A stretch of DNA of 64,000 bases from Gemmatimonadaceae bacterium (GTDB taxonomy: Bacteria > Gemmatimonadota > Gemmatimonadetes > Gemmatimonadales > Gemmatimonadaceae): assembly GCA_051859245.1 (NCBI GenBank), contig JBHYGA010000010.1, forward strand, positions 22,798 through 86,797. The letters are read 5' to 3'. Within the stretch, counting starts at the first letter, position 1, and the number at the start of each line of letters is the position of its first letter. Below the pieces are notes generated by a model, which saw only the letters and a list, made by a program, of their open reading frames with translations, did no database searches and was not told the origin of the DNA. Made by a program: the position numbers and the translations under genes. Below, one piece after another: positions 32,629 through 43,253 of the stretch.

Positions 32629-32828
32629 GATGAGAGATCCTCAATGTGGGGTGATACTTCGGTGCGCCACATGATCATCATCTCGTGATGGCAACAACAG
32701 GGACATAAGACCCATCAGCATCCGGATCCCGTGCGACGTGAACGCTGGGTCAAATGTCCCACGGATCAACGCGCGCCATGCGTAGTGTGAGCAGACACTC
32801 TGTCCAACGCTTCTGCACACACCTGAAC

Positions 32829-33395
32829 ATGCGCACTTTTCGGTATCCCCACAGCATCAGTAACGGCGCCGGTGAAACGCTCACGTTTACGCGCCGCGTA
32901 CCTGGCAAGACAGGGCCACGTCTGGAAGGCTACAATGTTGTTGCCCCAGGTCAGGGTCCGGTCATGCACGTGCACCATTACCAGGAAGAAGCGCTTACCG
33001 TACGACAGGGAACCATCGGGTATCAACGACTCGGCGAAGTCGAGCAGTTTGCCGGCGTAGGCGAAACCGTCACCTTCAAAGCCGGCGAAGCTCACCGTTT
33101 CTGGAATGCCGGAACTGATGAACTGCGCTGCGACGCCTACATCGAGCCCGCTGACAACATCGAATATTTCCTCAGCGAGATCTTTGACTCGGCGCGTCGT
33201 GCCGGATCGCATCGTCCTGACCTGTTTGAGGCCGCGTATCTCACGCGCCGATATCGCAGCGAGTTCGGAATGTTGGAGATTCCTGAGTTCGTGCAGCGGT
33301 TTGTGTTTCCTTTTCTCATCCTGATCGGTCACTTGCTTGGGCGATACGAGCGTTATGCCGATGCTCCCGAGCCGATCCGGCGATCAATGCGGTGA
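32829..33395 (+). CDS. Cupin domain protein
   Basis: HVHHYQEE and GEAHRFWNAG. Confidence 0.88.
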   Translation: MRTFRYPHSISNGAGETLTFTRRVPGKTGPRLEGYNVVAPGQGPVMHVHHYQEEALTVRQGTIGYQRLGEVEQFAGVGETVTFKAGEAHRFWNAGTDELRCDAYIEPADNIEYFLSEIFDSARRAGSHRPDLFEAAYLTRRYRSEFGMLEIPEFVQRFVFPFLILIGHLLGRYERYADAPEPIRRSMR

Positions 33396-33483
33396 CTCTC
33401 GCCGCTTACCTCGGCCCTTTCCAATCGCATGGCGCGGGTTACCTTATCGCGACCGAGATTGTTCTTCAGCCGAGGAAAGTTTT

Positions 33484-36267
33484 ACGTCGCCCACCGATTT
33501 TAGTGAAGCCGCGCGACTTCGCGCGCTCCGCAGGCTGCGCGTTCTTGATACACCGCGCGAAGCCGCGTTTGATGACATTACAGCGCTCTGCACGAAGATC
33601 TTCGGTGCGCCAATGTCCACCGTCACATTTGTGGACGCGCACCGCCAGTGGTTCAAGTCGGTGGTGGGCATTGGTGTTCGTGAAACAGATCTTCAATCAT
33701 CTATCTGTGTTCACGCCGTCTCACAGAATGAACCGCTGATCATTCCAGACACGCGGCTGGATGCGCGCTGTGTTGCGAATCCGAGCGTGACCGGCGCGCT
33801 CAACGTGCGCGCGTACGCCGGGATTCCGCTGCAACTCGACAGCGGCGAACGTGTTGGGACGCTCACCGTGATGGATCACGAGCCGCGTGAGTTTTCGCCG
33901 GAACAAATTGAAATGCTGATCGCGCTTGCGCGCGCCGTGGTAACCCAACTGCAGTTGCGCCTGCAGCAACAGGCGCTTCAGGACGTCTCGTTGCACTACG
34001 AAGAAGCGCAGAGAATCGCGGGCGTGGGTAGCTGGACGCTCGATCTCGCGACCAACACCCTGCAGTGGACCGACGAGATCTATCGCATATTCGGCGTGCA
34101 GCGCGAGCATTTTACGGCGACGTTTGAGGGATTTCTGTCATTCGTGCATCCCGACGATCGCGACGCCATGCTCAGCGCGCAGGCGGAGGCGCTCAACACG
34201 ACCGGAATTCTGGATCTGGAACATCGGATCGTACAACCAGGCGGTGCGGTGCGCGTGGTGCATGAGCGTGGACGACTGATCGCGGATCCCGCGCTCGATG
34301 AACAAACGCTCACCGGCACCGTGCAGGATGTCACCGATCGTGTTGAAGCACGACAACTGCTCCTCGCACAGGAGGAGAACTACCGGCTCCTGTTCGAGGC
34401 GCATCCCAAGCCGGTGTGGGTGTACGACGAAGAGACACTGCAGTTTCTCGCCGTGAATGAGGCAGCCGTTCAACGCTACGGATGGAGCCGCACCGAGTTC
34501 TCGAACATGACGGTGCTGGATTTGCGCGATCCGCAGGAGCATCCGGCGTTGCTGCGTCAGATCGCTGATACGACCGCAGGTCCTCGTAAAAGCGGCTACT
34601 GGCGTCATGTCACGAAGCGCGGAACCGAACTCTGGGTGGAAATTTTCTCCAACTCGCTGCGGTATAACAATCGACCAGCCCGTCTGGTGGTCGCCAGTGA
34701 TGTCACGGCGCGGCGGCGTGCCGAACTTGAACTCCAGCGCGCCGACTCCTTGCGGCGTGTCGCTTCGCGCGCCGCGGGTCTTGGCGGCTGGGCACTGGAT
34801 GTTGGAGTCCGTGATGTGCGCCTGAGTGAAGAAGCCTGTCGGCTGTTCGACGCGCCAGAGAACTATCAGATTTCGCTGGACGACTGCCTCGATCTTGTGG
34901 TTCCGGATTCGCGAGACACAGTCTCCGCACTGGTCGCGAAGTGCATTCGTGACGGCGAATCGTTTGATATCGAATGTGAGCTGGTTTCACTGGCCGGTCG
35001 TCGTTTTTGGGCGCGATTGATCGGGGAGGCGGAGCGTGACGCCAATGGTGCGATCGCCCAAATTGGCGGTGGCGTGCAGGACATCACGGATCGACGCAAA
35101 CTGGAGCAACAGTTTCTGCGTGCGCAGCGCATGGAAAGCATCGGAACGCTGGCGGGCGGAATCGCGCACGACCTCAACAACGTGCTCACGCCGATTCTGA
35201 TGTCGATCGAGCTCCTGCGCGAGTCACTCACTGATGACGAGCGGAACGCGACCCTGGACTCGATCCAGACCAGCGCGAAACGTGGTGCGGAGATGGTCAG
35301 TCAGGTCTTGTCGTTCGCTCGTGGCGTTGAAGGGCGTCGTATCGCGATTTCGCCACAATTGCTGTTCGAAGATATGCGGCGATTAGTCGTAGACACGTTC
35401 CCCCGCAGCATTTCAGTGCACGCGGAGGTGGCGCCAGATACGCCAGCCATTGCCGGAGATCCGACGCAGCTCCATCAGGTCCTGCTCAATCTCGCGGTGA
35501 ACGCACGTGACGCGATGCCCGACGGCGGCAACCTGCGATTCACTGCGCGACCGCTGCTCATCGATTCACTTTCGAGCGCGACCTCCCCTCAGCTTGAGGC
35601 GGGATTGTATGTGGTGCTGAGCGTTGAAGATTCGGGTACGGGTATCGCATCGGATCAGTTGAATCGGATCTTCGACCCATTCTTCACCACCAAAGACGTC
35701 GGTAAGGGCACCGGCCTCGGCCTCAGCACATCACTAGCCATCGTGCGCAGTCACGGCGGCACACTCCAGGCCTATAGCGAGTTAGGGCGAGGCACAACCT
35801 TTCGCGCCTACCTCCCTGCCGCTACAGATGCGGCGACGACCGTTGCGTTGTTGCCCGCGTCTGAACTGCCGCGCGGTCATGGCGAGCTGGTGCTGGTCGT
35901 CGACGACGAAGCGGCAGTCCGTGAGATCACCCGCCAGACACTGGAAACGTTCGGCTACCGTGTTATGGTCGCGTGCGATGGCGCAGAGGGAGTGGCGGTG
36001 TACGCCGCGCACAGCGCCGAGATCGCGCTGGTACTGACCGACATGATGATGCCGGTGATGGACGGCTTGACCATGATTCACGTGTTGCGCCGACTCAAGC
36101 CAGACGTGTGCATTGTGGCCGCGAGTGGTCTGGCTGCCAATGGTAGTGTCGCCAAAGCCGCCAACGCAGGTGTGCAGCACTTTCTGCCCAAGCCGTACAC
36201 GGCGTCCACGCTACTGAACGTACTGCAGACCGTTCTTCGAGACAGCCGAGAGCGTCGCGAGTCGTAA
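33484..36267 (+). CDS. Hybrid sensor histidine kinase (GAF-PAS-PAS-PAS-HisKA-HATPase-REC)
   Basis: EAARLRAL GAF, GIAHDLNN H-box, NLAVNARDAM, DSGTGI, FFTTK..GKGTGLGL, VVDDE and TDMMMP. Start uncertain: ACG 33484 after GAGGA, or ATG 33355/33361. Confidence 0.93.
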   Translation, partial: TSPTDFSEAARLRALRRLRVLDTPREAAFDDITALCTKIFGAPMSTVTFVDAHRQWFKSVVGIGVRETDLQSSICVHAVSQNEPLIIPDTRLDARCVANPSVTGALNVRAYAGIPLQLDSGERVGTLTVMDHEPREFSPEQIEMLIALARAVVTQLQLRLQQQALQDVSLHYEEAQRIAGVGSWTLDLATNTLQWTDEIYRIFGVQREHFTATFEGFLSFVHPDDRDAMLSAQAEALNTTGILDLEHRIVQPGGAVRVVHERGRLIADPALDEQTLTGTVQDVTDRVEARQLLLAQEENYRLLFEAHPKPVWVYDEETLQFLAVNEAAVQRYGWSRTEFSNMTVLDLRDPQEHPALLRQIADTTAGPRKSGYWRHVTKRGTELWVEIFSNSLRYNNRPARLVVASDVTARRRAELELQRADSLRRVASRAAGLGGWALDVGVRDVRLSEEACRLFDAPENYQISLDDCLDLVVPDSRDTVSALVAKCIRDGESFDIECELVSLAGRRFWARLIGEAERDANGAIAQIGGGVQDITDRRKLEQQFLRAQRMESIGTLAGGIAHDLNNVLTPILMSIELLRESLTDDERNATLDSIQTSAKRGAEMVSQVLSFARGVEGRRIAISPQLLFEDMRRLVVDTFPRSISVHAEVAPDTPAIAGDPTQLHQVLLNLAVNARDAMPDGGNLRFTARPLLIDSLSSATSPQLEAGLYVVLSVEDSGTGIASDQLNRIFDPFFTTKDVGKGTGLGLSTSLAIVRSHGGTLQAYSELGRGTTFRAYLPAATDAATTVALLPASELPRGHGELVLVVDDEAAVREITRQTLETFGYRVMVACDGAEGVAVYAAHSAEIALVLTDMMMPVMDGLTMIHVLRRLKPDVCIVAASGLAANGSVAKAANAGVQHFLPKPYTASTLLNVLQTVLRDSRERRES

Positions 36268-36271
36268 ACGT

Positions 36272-36308
36272 ACGAACCCGGGCGACACACTGTGCCGCCC
36301 GGGTTCGT
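36272..36308. terminator. Hairpin between convergent genes
   Basis: 13-bp perfect stem ACGAACCCGGGCG/CGCCCGGGTTCGT. Confidence 0.75.
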
Positions 36309-36334
36309 CAACGCAAGACAACACGCGTTTCAGC

Positions 36335-38800
36335 TTACGGCCACGGCAGCGTGATGACCGGATAGCGGGTGCGCTTGGCCGGATCGTCATCGCCAGCCAT
36401 GAATCGCGCAATATCCCGGCGCGCGCTGCTGCGATGCGCAGCGTCCGCACCGACTGCACCCGGAGCTCCGGCGAGACGTGCGTCAAGCTGTGCGAGATGA
36501 TGCGCAGCAATGGCTCGTACCTCCGGCATGGCGCTCGTGTCGCCGGCGAGATCGAGCAGCGCGTCAAGCGCCGCACGCTGCGTGGCGCGCGCGTACACAG
36601 CCAGCGTTGGCGCGCTTTCTGTTGCGCCCCACGTACGGCTGAGAATGGTGTTGATGGTTTCATCCAGACTGAGCGCGTTCGCGTCGCGCGCACTGAACGT
36701 CACAAGCCGTGCCGCGCGAGACGCGTCCAGCAAGCCGCTCAGTACTTCCGTCGCCAGTCCACCGGCGAGTGTTACCGCGTCGAACGCCGTGCCTGCATTG
36801 CTGCCAATCCACGTCATCTCGCCGCCCATACCCGGCGGCGACGGTGGGATCATGGCCGCGATGCGCGTGGGCACCGCCAGCTCAGAGGGCTTGAGTGCAT
36901 CCAGCGCCATGGTCAGGGCGCGACGCTGTGCATCGGCGGGCACGACCGTGGTCGGCGTTTGGCCATCGCCACGAATCGCATAGCGAAAATCCATGCCGCC
37001 AACATTCTTGATCAATCCCTCGAGCGAATATCGGTGATGCAAATACACGTGCGCGAATCGCATGTTGAGCAGATGCATCGGCTCACCAGGCTTGATCGCA
37101 CGCTCATCGAACTTGTCCATCAGCACACGTCGCACTTGCGAGGTGCGCGTGGCGGCGTCAAACATCGTCGTGCCTTCAACCCAACGGGTGACTTCCGGGA
37201 TCGAACCTTCCGGACCGGCGTGCGCGTCACCCACATAGCGAAGGTTGCGCGACAGCATTTCACGAATCACCGCTGCGTTCCCAGCACTCTCTGCGGCAGC
37301 GTTCGGATACCAGCGGTATCCGTACCGCACAGCGATTGAGTCCCACGCACCAGGTCCTTCGCGGTATGCATTGCGCAGATCCGGCGTGCCGTCCGACGCC
37401 AACGTGATGAGCGGCACCGGATAGTCCATCACCGACGCGCGCCCCTGCGACGACGCGATGAAGTTGTGACCCAGGCCCAGCGTGTGTCCGATTTCATGCG
37501 CCGTGTGCTGTCGGCGTCGCGCCATCGTGAACGCTTCGGCGCTCACATTCGGACCATTTGCACCCGACGCGGGCACGGTGCCAGCCCAGATGTTGTAGTC
37601 CACGAGCGAACGCCAGGCATCCATGCGAACCACGGTGCGTACAATTTCGCCGGTGCGAGGATCGCTGTAACTCGGACCCACTGACGGGCCGGGCCCGGTG
37701 CGATGAATCCAGTAGAGCATGTTGTAGCGCGCATCCATGGGATCGGCATCGGCCGGCAGATCGCGCACGGAAAATGCGTTCTTGAAGCCCGCCGCCTCAA
37801 ACACCTTGGCCCACCAGTTGCCACCTTCGCGGAAGGCTTCCCGATACGGTGATGGAATGCCAGGATCGAGATAGTAGACAATTGGCGTGATGGGCTCGAC
37901 CAGTTCACCGCGCGCGTAGGCGGCAGGATCCTTGGGCACCAGACGCCAGCGGTTGATGAAGCCATCGCGATACTGCTGATCAAATCCCTGCGAGAGATCT
38001 GCGAACTGTGTGCCAAAGAATCCCACGCGTGGATCGAAGGCGCGCGGCTTGAACCCTGCAGTGTCTGGCAACACCACCAGCGAGTGATGCTGCTCAAACG
38101 TCATCGCGCGTGCATCGGGCGCAACGCGACGCGCGGCAGCCGACGGTGCGTCTGATGTGAACGTGAGCACGGCGTGCACTTCGGCATTCTTCGGAAAGCT
38201 CTTGGTGCGTTCCGTGTCGAACCAGCTGCGTGTCGCGTCGACGCGATACGCACCGCCACCCTGCCCGCCGCGCAAGCCGTCCGCCACGCCATACACGTCG
38301 GAAAGAAAGAACGAGGTGGCATCAATCGTTATCACACCACCCGTTTCACCATCAATCGTGAACGACGCAATCACAGAACTGGGAAACGCTTCGCGTGCCG
38401 CTCGCTGACCGGCTTCGTTGGCCCCTGGTGCGCGCACACCAAGATTGTCGCGCACCATCAGAATACGCGCGCCGCGTCGCTCCAGGCGAACCACAAAATT
38501 GGCTCCGGTCTGACCACGATCGAGTGACCCGGTGCCCAGTCCGGTCGCGAGTGTGTTCTGATACAGAAAGTCACGACCAAGCTGCACTGCCGGAATTTCG
38601 AGAAACAGCTTGTTGCGGGCTTCGTCCACCCGCACGCGAAGGAACGGATCGTCCTGTGCGGGGATTGTTGTGGAGGTGGAACTGAACGCACTGACCTCCA
38701 GCGCGTGAGCCGGCACGCTCATCGTCAGCGCGAGCACCAACGCTCCAACCAGAAGGCGCGCGCGTGGCGCGTGAGAGCTCGGATTCATCACTGCAGACAT
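36335..38800 (-). CDS. Exported zinc metalloprotease (DUF5117/DUF4953 type)
   Basis: DPRVGFF, DPRTGEI, AHEIGHTLGLGHNF and SVMDYP. Confidence 0.9.
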   Translation of the reverse strand: MSAVMNPSSHAPRARLLVGALVLALTMSVPAHALEVSAFSSTSTTIPAQDDPFLRVRVDEARNKLFLEIPAVQLGRDFLYQNTLATGLGTGSLDRGQTGANFVVRLERRGARILMVRDNLGVRAPGANEAGQRAAREAFPSSVIASFTIDGETGGVITIDATSFFLSDVYGVADGLRGGQGGGAYRVDATRSWFDTERTKSFPKNAEVHAVLTFTSDAPSAAARRVAPDARAMTFEQHHSLVVLPDTAGFKPRAFDPRVGFFGTQFADLSQGFDQQYRDGFINRWRLVPKDPAAYARGELVEPITPIVYYLDPGIPSPYREAFREGGNWWAKVFEAAGFKNAFSVRDLPADADPMDARYNMLYWIHRTGPGPSVGPSYSDPRTGEIVRTVVRMDAWRSLVDYNIWAGTVPASGANGPNVSAEAFTMARRRQHTAHEIGHTLGLGHNFIASSQGRASVMDYPVPLITLASDGTPDLRNAYREGPGAWDSIAVRYGYRWYPNAAAESAGNAAVIREMLSRNLRYVGDAHAGPEGSIPEVTRWVEGTTMFDAATRTSQVRRVLMDKFDERAIKPGEPMHLLNMRFAHVYLHHRYSLEGLIKNVGGMDFRYAIRGDGQTPTTVVPADAQRRALTMALDALKPSELAVPTRIAAMIPPSPPGMGGEMTWIGSNAGTAFDAVTLAGGLATEVLSGLLDASRAARLVTFSARDANALSLDETINTILSRTWGATESAPTLAVYARATQRAALDALLDLAGDTSAMPEVRAIAAHHLAQLDARLAGAPGAVGADAAHRSSARRDIARFMAGDDDPAKRTRYPVITLPWP

Positions 38801-38840
38801 CGGGAACCTCAACGTGTGTGAACGGGCTGGGTACGAAACG

Positions 38841-39809
38841 TCAAACATCGGCATGCGGGTGCTGCGCGGCGTGCGCGTCGATCACGGCTTGCGCAGCTTC
38901 TCGCGGATCATCGGTCATCATGATCAGATCCAGGTCTCCCGGCGAGATCTTGCCTTCGCCAGCCACGCGCGAATGCAGCCAGCGCACGAGACCCGCCCAG
39001 TAATGGCGACCGAAAAGAATGACCGGAAACTGATATATTTTTCCGCACTGAATGAGCGTGAGCGCTTCGAAAAATTCGTCGAGCGTTCCGAATCCGCCCG
39101 GAAAGATGATGAACGCGTTCGAATACTTCACGAACATCGTCTTGCGAACAAAGAAGTACCGAAAGTTGACCAGCGTATCCACGTAGGGATTGGCGCCTTG
39201 CTCAAAGGGCAGTTCAATGTTGCACCCGATACTCTGTCCGCCCGCGTCTTTGGCGCCGCGATTGGCCGCTTCCATGATGCCGGGGCCGGCGCCGGTGATG
39301 ATGGCAAAACCTGACTCGGCAAGTAGCCGCGCAACTTCACGTGCGTGGGCGTACTGGATGTCATCGGGGCTCGTGCGTGCGCTGCCAAAGATCGACACAC
39401 CCTTCGATACATGGGCGAGTGCGTCAAATCCTTCAACGACTTCGCTGAACACGCGCATCGCGCGCCACGGATCAGTTTGCCTGAATCCGTCGGACGGATC
39501 GGGGCTGTGCAACAACTTCTCGTCTTCCGTCAGCACGGGTACGTTGCGAATGGAGACGTCCACCTCCGAGAGCGCGCGTCGCGGATGGCGCTCAGCGCGT
39601 GTCCCCTTCGACACGAGCGGCAACGCATCCGGCTCACGACCGGCCGCACGATGTCCTTCTTCCGTGCGGAGCTGGTATTGGGTCACGGAGTTCAGCTCGG
39701 CCTGCTCACGGACTTCCGGCGTGGCTGGTTTTCCCGACGCTGTTTTCGGTCCGCGTGACCTGCCCTTCACGATCGCTGTCTTTTTTCCTGTCCCGCGAGG
39801 ACTTGCCAT
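38841..39809 (-). CDS. LOG family (TIGR00730) nucleotide phosphoribohydrolase
   Basis: FGSART, TGAGPGIMEAAN, YFFVRKTMF and PGGFGTLDE. Confidence 0.93.
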   Translation of the reverse strand: MASPRGTGKKTAIVKGRSRGPKTASGKPATPEVREQAELNSVTQYQLRTEEGHRAAGREPDALPLVSKGTRAERHPRRALSEVDVSIRNVPVLTEDEKLLHSPDPSDGFRQTDPWRAMRVFSEVVEGFDALAHVSKGVSIFGSARTSPDDIQYAHAREVARLLAESGFAIITGAGPGIMEAANRGAKDAGGQSIGCNIELPFEQGANPYVDTLVNFRYFFVRKTMFVKYSNAFIIFPGGFGTLDEFFEALTLIQCGKIYQFPVILFGRHYWAGLVRWLHSRVAGEGKISPGDLDLIMMTDDPREAAQAVIDAHAAQHPHADV

Positions 39810-39902
39810 AACACAAGGGTGGGAGGAACGCCGCACTGTCCTTCACAGGGCGTCCATGCAAGCTACGCCGTCGGTCGCGGTACACGCCACCGGAGCTGGC
39901 AA

Positions 39903-41330
39903 ATGAACGCCGCACAAGACACGCTGCTCCTCATCGTTGCCGACGGCGTGCGCCCCGACGTGCTGCAATCAGCACTGCGCGCGGGCGAACTGCCACATCT
40001 CGCGGCGCGCGCAGCACGTGGCGCCTTCACGCAGGTGTCGAGCTGCTTTCCGTCCGTCACCGGTCCAGCGTACGCGCCGTTTCTGATGGGCCGCTTTCCG
40101 GCCGGCATTGGATTGCCCGGCCTGCGGTGGTACGACCGCAGCCGCACCACCGCGTCCTGGCCATCGTTTGCGCGCAGCTACGTGGGTCCCGAAATCCGGT
40201 TGCTCGACGATGATATTGACCTGCATCCGCAAACGCTGCTCGAACTCGCCACGTCGAGTGTCGCGGGCTCCACACTGCTGGGACGCGGTGCGCGGGGCCA
40301 ACGTCATCCGGGGCGCGGCTGGTTGTGGGCCGCCCGCGCTTTTCTCCCGCATTTTCTTGGGGATCTCAACGGCTGGCGCCGAGTTGAACAACAAGTGGTT
40401 GATCATGTGCTCGGCTATTTGCGTCGGGACCGTCCGCACTTTGCCGTGATGTCGTTCCTCACACCAGACAAGTTTGCGCACGCCTTTGGCGCGCAGTCGC
40501 GCGAAGTGCGTGCGTCGCTGCGTGATATCGACGCATTTCTCGGCAGCGCCGAAGATATCGCCGCACGTGAAGGTTGGAGCGACAAGCTCCACGTATGGCT
40601 GGTCGCCGATCACGGACACGCTGACGTCACCGAGCACGACGAGATCGCCGATGCGATTCGTGCCATGGGACATCGCGTCCTCGCGCATCCCAAGGTCTGG
40701 CTGCGCAATCCGGACGTAGCGGTGATGGTGGGCGGCAACGCAATGGCGCACGTGTATGTGGAGCCGCATCACCGCCAGCGCCTGTGGTGGCCGCAGCTCA
40801 GGGACCGATGGGAGTCGATGCACGATGCCCTGCTCGCACGACCAAGCGTTGATCTGGCCGCTGTTGCAACCGACGCGAACACCATTCGCGTGAGTCACGC
40901 CGAACGTGGACGGGCCACCATCACGCGTGATATCGCCGCTGCTCGATGGAGCTATCGTCGCCTTACCGGTGATCCGCTCGGCATTGGTGAAGACGCCGTA
41001 AACCTGAGCAGCAGCGAAGCGCACGACGTGTGTGCCACGACCGATTATCCCGACGCGATCGTGCAGCTGGCCGACGTTACACCATCACGTCGGGGCGGTG
41101 ACATTCTGCTCTCGGCCTCAGTTGGTTGGGATCTGCGCGACAAGTATGAGCCCACACGCCATCTGTCCACGCACGGGGCGCTGCATCGCGATCAGATGAT
41201 GGTGCCGTTGCTCATCGACGCCGTGCCGAGCGGCACGCCGCGACGCACCGCTGATGTCATGCCAAGTGCGCTGGTGACGCTCGGATTAACGGTACCCGAC
41301 GGGCTCGACGGCGTAAGCTGGCATCGCTAA
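39903..41330 (+). CDS. Alkaline phosphatase superfamily (phosphodiesterase/nucleotide pyrophosphatase)
   Basis: ADGVRPD, FPSVTGP, DKFAH, ADHGH and THGALH. Confidence 0.88.
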   Translation: MNAAQDTLLLIVADGVRPDVLQSALRAGELPHLAARAARGAFTQVSSCFPSVTGPAYAPFLMGRFPAGIGLPGLRWYDRSRTTASWPSFARSYVGPEIRLLDDDIDLHPQTLLELATSSVAGSTLLGRGARGQRHPGRGWLWAARAFLPHFLGDLNGWRRVEQQVVDHVLGYLRRDRPHFAVMSFLTPDKFAHAFGAQSREVRASLRDIDAFLGSAEDIAAREGWSDKLHVWLVADHGHADVTEHDEIADAIRAMGHRVLAHPKVWLRNPDVAVMVGGNAMAHVYVEPHHRQRLWWPQLRDRWESMHDALLARPSVDLAAVATDANTIRVSHAERGRATITRDIAAARWSYRRLTGDPLGIGEDAVNLSSSEAHDVCATTDYPDAIVQLADVTPSRRGGDILLSASVGWDLRDKYEPTRHLSTHGALHRDQMMVPLLIDAVPSGTPRRTADVMPSALVTLGLTVPDGLDGVSWHR

Positions 41331-41357
41331 GACGCAGTGATGTCTGCGCCGATGCAA

Positions 41358-41684
41358 CTACTCGGTGCGATTGATACTGCGTTCGGTATCAAAGCCATCA
41401 GGATAGCGCTTGCGCAGTTTCTCGATGTTTCGCTCGGCGATTTGATCCATCGGGATATCGAGCACCGTGGCAAAGGCCGCGATGTACCACAAACAGTCGC
41501 CGAGCTCTTTGATCATCGCATCACGATCAAGCGGCGTCGCGTGGAAGAGATGCTTCTTGATCAGCTCAGCCGTTTCGCCTGATTCACCCGTGAGTCCGAG
41601 TGCGGCGTTGGCGAGTTGTTGCTCGTGCGTGCGATCGCGCCCGAGTGTACGAGCGGCGAGTGCCTGATAGTCAGTGAAGTTCAT
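41358..41684 (-). CDS. MazG-like nucleotide pyrophosphohydrolase
   Basis: GLTGESGETAELIKK, KELGDCLWY and NIEKLRKRYPDGF. Confidence 0.92.
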   Translation of the reverse strand: MNFTDYQALAARTLGRDRTHEQQLANAALGLTGESGETAELIKKHLFHATPLDRDAMIKELGDCLWYIAAFATVLDIPMDQIAERNIEKLRKRYPDGFDTERSINRTE

Positions 41685-41712
41685 CGTGGAAATGTAGGGC
41701 GTAGCGCCAGGG

Positions 41713-41752
41713 AAAAACAAACGGCCACCTCGCTGCGAGGTGGCCGTTTGTT
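41713..41752 (-). terminator. Intrinsic terminator of the susCD operon
   Basis: 18-bp inverted repeat AACAAACGGCCACCTCGC/GCGAGGTGGCCGTTTGTT, with a T-run on the minus strand. Confidence 0.85.
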
Positions 41753-41795
41753 CACGTGCACTCAGGTGCGCAGTGCGATGCACCACGCGGTGAAA

Positions 41796-43253
41796 TCAGA
41801 GCGGTGTGCAGGGTGTCGGCAGTCCACGCGCTGTGCACTCGCCAGCCGGAACCAGCATGTTCTCGTACCGCGTATCGCCGGGGCGATCCTGCGGCAGTGA
41901 CTGCGTGCGGCCGTACCGACGCGCGTCGATCCACCGCGTGCCCTGCGCCCACATGAGCGAGTACAAGCGGTTGTAGAGCAACTCGGTGACAAACGCCGCA
42001 TCGGTGCTACCCGCCGTGATTGCCGCATTGGGCAATCCGCCGGAGTTCACACGCACAAGATTGATGTCGTCAATCGCACCTTGCTTGTTGGCCGTATTCC
42101 AGCGGATCTCGGCACGAAGCAGCAGCAGCTCTTCGTTGTTGATCCACGGTACCGGCGCACCCAGGTTGGCCGCCGCGGGATTGCCCGCTGCGTTGTACAA
42201 CGTTGGCTTATGCGTACCGATCAGGTCGTTGAGATTGATCGTGCGACCAGCGGCTGTGACTTTGCGCGTGAGGCGATCATCTGCATCACCGTTCGCCTTG
42301 CGCTGTGCACCGCTCAGGAGCGACGGATGCACCCAAAGACGGTTGTTCGTCAGCGGCTCCGACACCGGATTGGTCGGTTCACCAGCCGACGTTGAATACG
42401 CGTAGTTCACACCCGTCGACAACGAACCCGGCAGACCCGCCGTGGTGACAAACGACGCGTTCATGGCCGTGTTGGCCGACGCCCAGCACGCCGCGCAGCT
42501 CGCAAACGTCGCGCGATGCACGTACATCTTGGCCGCCAAGGCACGATTAAAGCGAGCGAACGTAGCCGGCGTGGTAAAGCCGGTATAGCCCGGTGCCATG
42601 TTGAACGGAAACTGAATCGTTCCCGCCGCGGTGAGATCGGCGAGTGCTTCATCCATCAACTTCGTGGCTTCTTCCATCGCCGCGCTGAAGCTCACAAACG
42701 GAGCCGGTTCTGCGGTAATCGGACGATTCACATCCAGCGGGATGCCCAGTTGTCCAGTACGTACGGCCAGGCGATGCAAGTGCCACGCCTTCATCGTTTT
42801 CGCGAAGCCCTGCGAGGCGCGCACTTCGGCTTCGGTCATGCCCGTGGCGACTGGCAGTGCTTCGAGATACGTATTGATCGTGCGAATGGACGCGTAGAGC
42901 CCGCTCCAGTTGCCGGAGTGACGACCGGTGGGGTCGCCTGGACCACGAATCTGCTCACCGGTTTCGCGCGGGTCATTGCCGAGCAGGTTGTATCCTTCGC
43001 GGCCATATAGCGCGTAGAACTGAATCTCCGTGCCGATGTCGGTGAAGGTTTGCGAGAAGATGCCAGTCGCAGCGCGCGCCAGAATGATCTTGGTTGGCGA
43101 GCCGGTGAGCGTCTCAACCGTCGGAGCGTTGGTGTTGGTGACGTCAAAGTCTCCACAACCTGTGAAGAGCAGCGCGCCAGCCGCCACGGCCGAACCGACA
43201 AGAACGCGGATGCGCGGACCCGTCGAGCGGGTCATCTTGGTCGTCGGTTTCAT
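41796..43253 (-). CDS. SusD/RagB family lipoprotein
   Basis: Lipobox FTGC, EELLLLRAE, DINLVR and GTRWIDARRYG; directly follows susC. Confidence 0.9.
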   Translation of the reverse strand: MKPTTKMTRSTGPRIRVLVGSAVAAGALLFTGCGDFDVTNTNAPTVETLTGSPTKIILARAATGIFSQTFTDIGTEIQFYALYGREGYNLLGNDPRETGEQIRGPGDPTGRHSGNWSGLYASIRTINTYLEALPVATGMTEAEVRASQGFAKTMKAWHLHRLAVRTGQLGIPLDVNRPITAEPAPFVSFSAAMEEATKLMDEALADLTAAGTIQFPFNMAPGYTGFTTPATFARFNRALAAKMYVHRATFASCAACWASANTAMNASFVTTAGLPGSLSTGVNYAYSTSAGEPTNPVSEPLTNNRLWVHPSLLSGAQRKANGDADDRLTRKVTAAGRTINLNDLIGTHKPTLYNAAGNPAAANLGAPVPWINNEELLLLRAEIRWNTANKQGAIDDINLVRVNSGGLPNAAITAGSTDAAFVTELLYNRLYSLMWAQGTRWIDARRYGRTQSLPQDRPGDTRYENMLVPAGECTARGLPTPCTPL

